This document shows, piece after piece, positions 62,901-64,000 of a stretch of 64,000 nt of DNA (positions are counted from its first letter, which is position 1; every line of letters begins with the position of its first letter). The notes under the pieces are model-generated. The model had not been told where the DNA came from and made no database searches. It was given only the letters and a program-made list of their open reading frames with translations. The stretch spans positions 63,054,001-63,118,000 of the forward strand of contig CM060732.1 of assembly GCA_030704615.1 (NCBI GenBank). Direction: 5' to 3'. This DNA comes from Takakia lepidozioides (taxonomy: Eukaryota; Plantae; Bryophyta). Made by a program: the position numbers and the translations under genes.

Positions 62901-63733
62901 CCATCGTCGATGTGGGCAACCACCTCCATGAGAAAAGGGCGTTGCTGACATAGAAACCGAGATGCCAGGGCTGGAGCGACTAAAACCCAACTACCTAGGA
63001 AGGCAGCAGGGGCAGTGACGACTGTGGATAGTAAACCCACTCCTCCAGAAGAGATCGGGAGGGTAGCCTGACGACATGCCAAGGGCCCCTGCTCACTATC
63101 AAATGCACATGGGCCTAATAGACGACCAAAAATCCCCCTAACAGTCGTATCAAAAGAAGAAAGAAGCTCCACAAACTGGGGAGTGGAGGGGGAAACAACG
63201 CAAAAGATAAGAAGGTCGCTGTAAAAAACATTTGGTGATAATGCCATGGGTTACCTGCATATCGCCTAGTTTGGGAAGAAGCTCTATATGGCTTGTATCT
63301 TGTAGCAAAGCGTCTTGGAGGAAAGATGTTGTGTAAGGGCTACTACCAAAGGGAACACCTAACACTCGAATACCCTCAGATGGTGCTAGAAAGTCGACAG
63401 AAGGCACGAAATCTGAAGGCAGACCAGAGGGTGACAAAACTGTGGATTTGCGAGGTTGAACATGAGCCCAAGAGAGTGAAGTTGGGTAGCAAAGTGATGG
63501 AAAGCCAAAAGGATATCAGTGGGAGGGCCAGTGATGTGGGTATCATCAGCAATAGAAGGAAATATACAGGATTGGAAGGCTTGCGCAGATGAGCGAAGGG
63601 CTCGGAAGTGGGCAAAAGCAAAAAGAGGTCCCCCTAATGGATCGCCCTGGCGGGTTCCTACTTCGGACTGGATTATAGAAAGATCGCCGGTACGGGTGTG
63701 ATTACTGTAAAACAAAGGGGTGGAGGAAGCATA
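57000..63733 (-). mobile_element. CRE-clade-like non-LTR retrotransposon (RT plus restriction-like endonuclease), 5'-truncated and split by the LTR element at 58023-62899
   Basis: RT: GTRQGDPLGGPLFA, IADDTHITG, GIRVLGVPFGS, QATLPISSGGVGL (62905-63733). RLE: CVC...H....C, THDVVRD, RRVDI...ADVVI, FLPLAVEIFG (57161-57700). The 3' boundary is approximate. Confidence 0.8.
58023..62899 (-). mobile_element. Second copy of the chromovirus family, deleted for part of the 5' LTR, PBS, gag and protease
   Basis: TSD GCCAT; full 3' LTR 58023-58748, partial 5' LTR about 62616-62899; RT ([10 protein letters not shown]), RNase H (TDASDFAIGGVL), integrase and chromodomain with frameshifts. Confidence 0.93.
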
Positions 63734-64000
63734 TCATTTTGGCCATACTAAGATAAACTTCTGCCAGACTTCACACAATTTACAGAGGTTTATCTATTGT
63801 TCACATCGGACGCATCCTTAGTAGCCCCCCAGGCTAAAGAGACACCATAACTTACACTTTCTTAGGGAGGCATCATCCTTTTCATTTTTATGTGGGATAC
63901 ATTTTTAGGAATTTGCAGAATTATAACAAGAGTTTGCATGTTGGTGATCACATTGAAGCTTTTACCATCTCTTTTCAAGAATGTTTTGGGAAATTGAACT

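Overview
Eukaryotic nuclear DNA from a land plant, most likely a non-seed plant (inferred from PLS-class PPR-DYW relics, spliceosomal introns, a Phygy-like Ty3/Gypsy element and a CRE-like LINE). About half of the window is transposable element. Host genes: the 3' half of a Tic32-like short-chain dehydrogenase (+, 3099-4971), a WDR44-like WD40 gene (-, 43956-51332), two PPR pseudogenes, and a damaged chimeric locus (+, 34236-40484) that joins ribonuclease-inhibitor-type LRRs, a SERAC1-like alpha/beta-hydrolase and six clathrin heavy chain exons; one hydrolase exon is flipped by a ~480-bp inversion. Mobile elements: a 13-kb non-chromovirus Gypsy element (10372-23394, TSD GAAGC) with a frameshifted gag-pol but an almost intact 4-kb extra ORF and ~10-bp-phased CACAG arrays; two chromovirus copies with complementary internal deletions; RTE-X-like and CRE-like LINEs; tRNA-derived SINEs; a TA-flanked Tc1/mariner-type MITE; a TTAA-flanked piggyBac-like MITE; and a CACTA terminus. 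All family assignments come from motif recognition by eye, not from database searches. Some single-base frameshifts may be long-read assembly errors.
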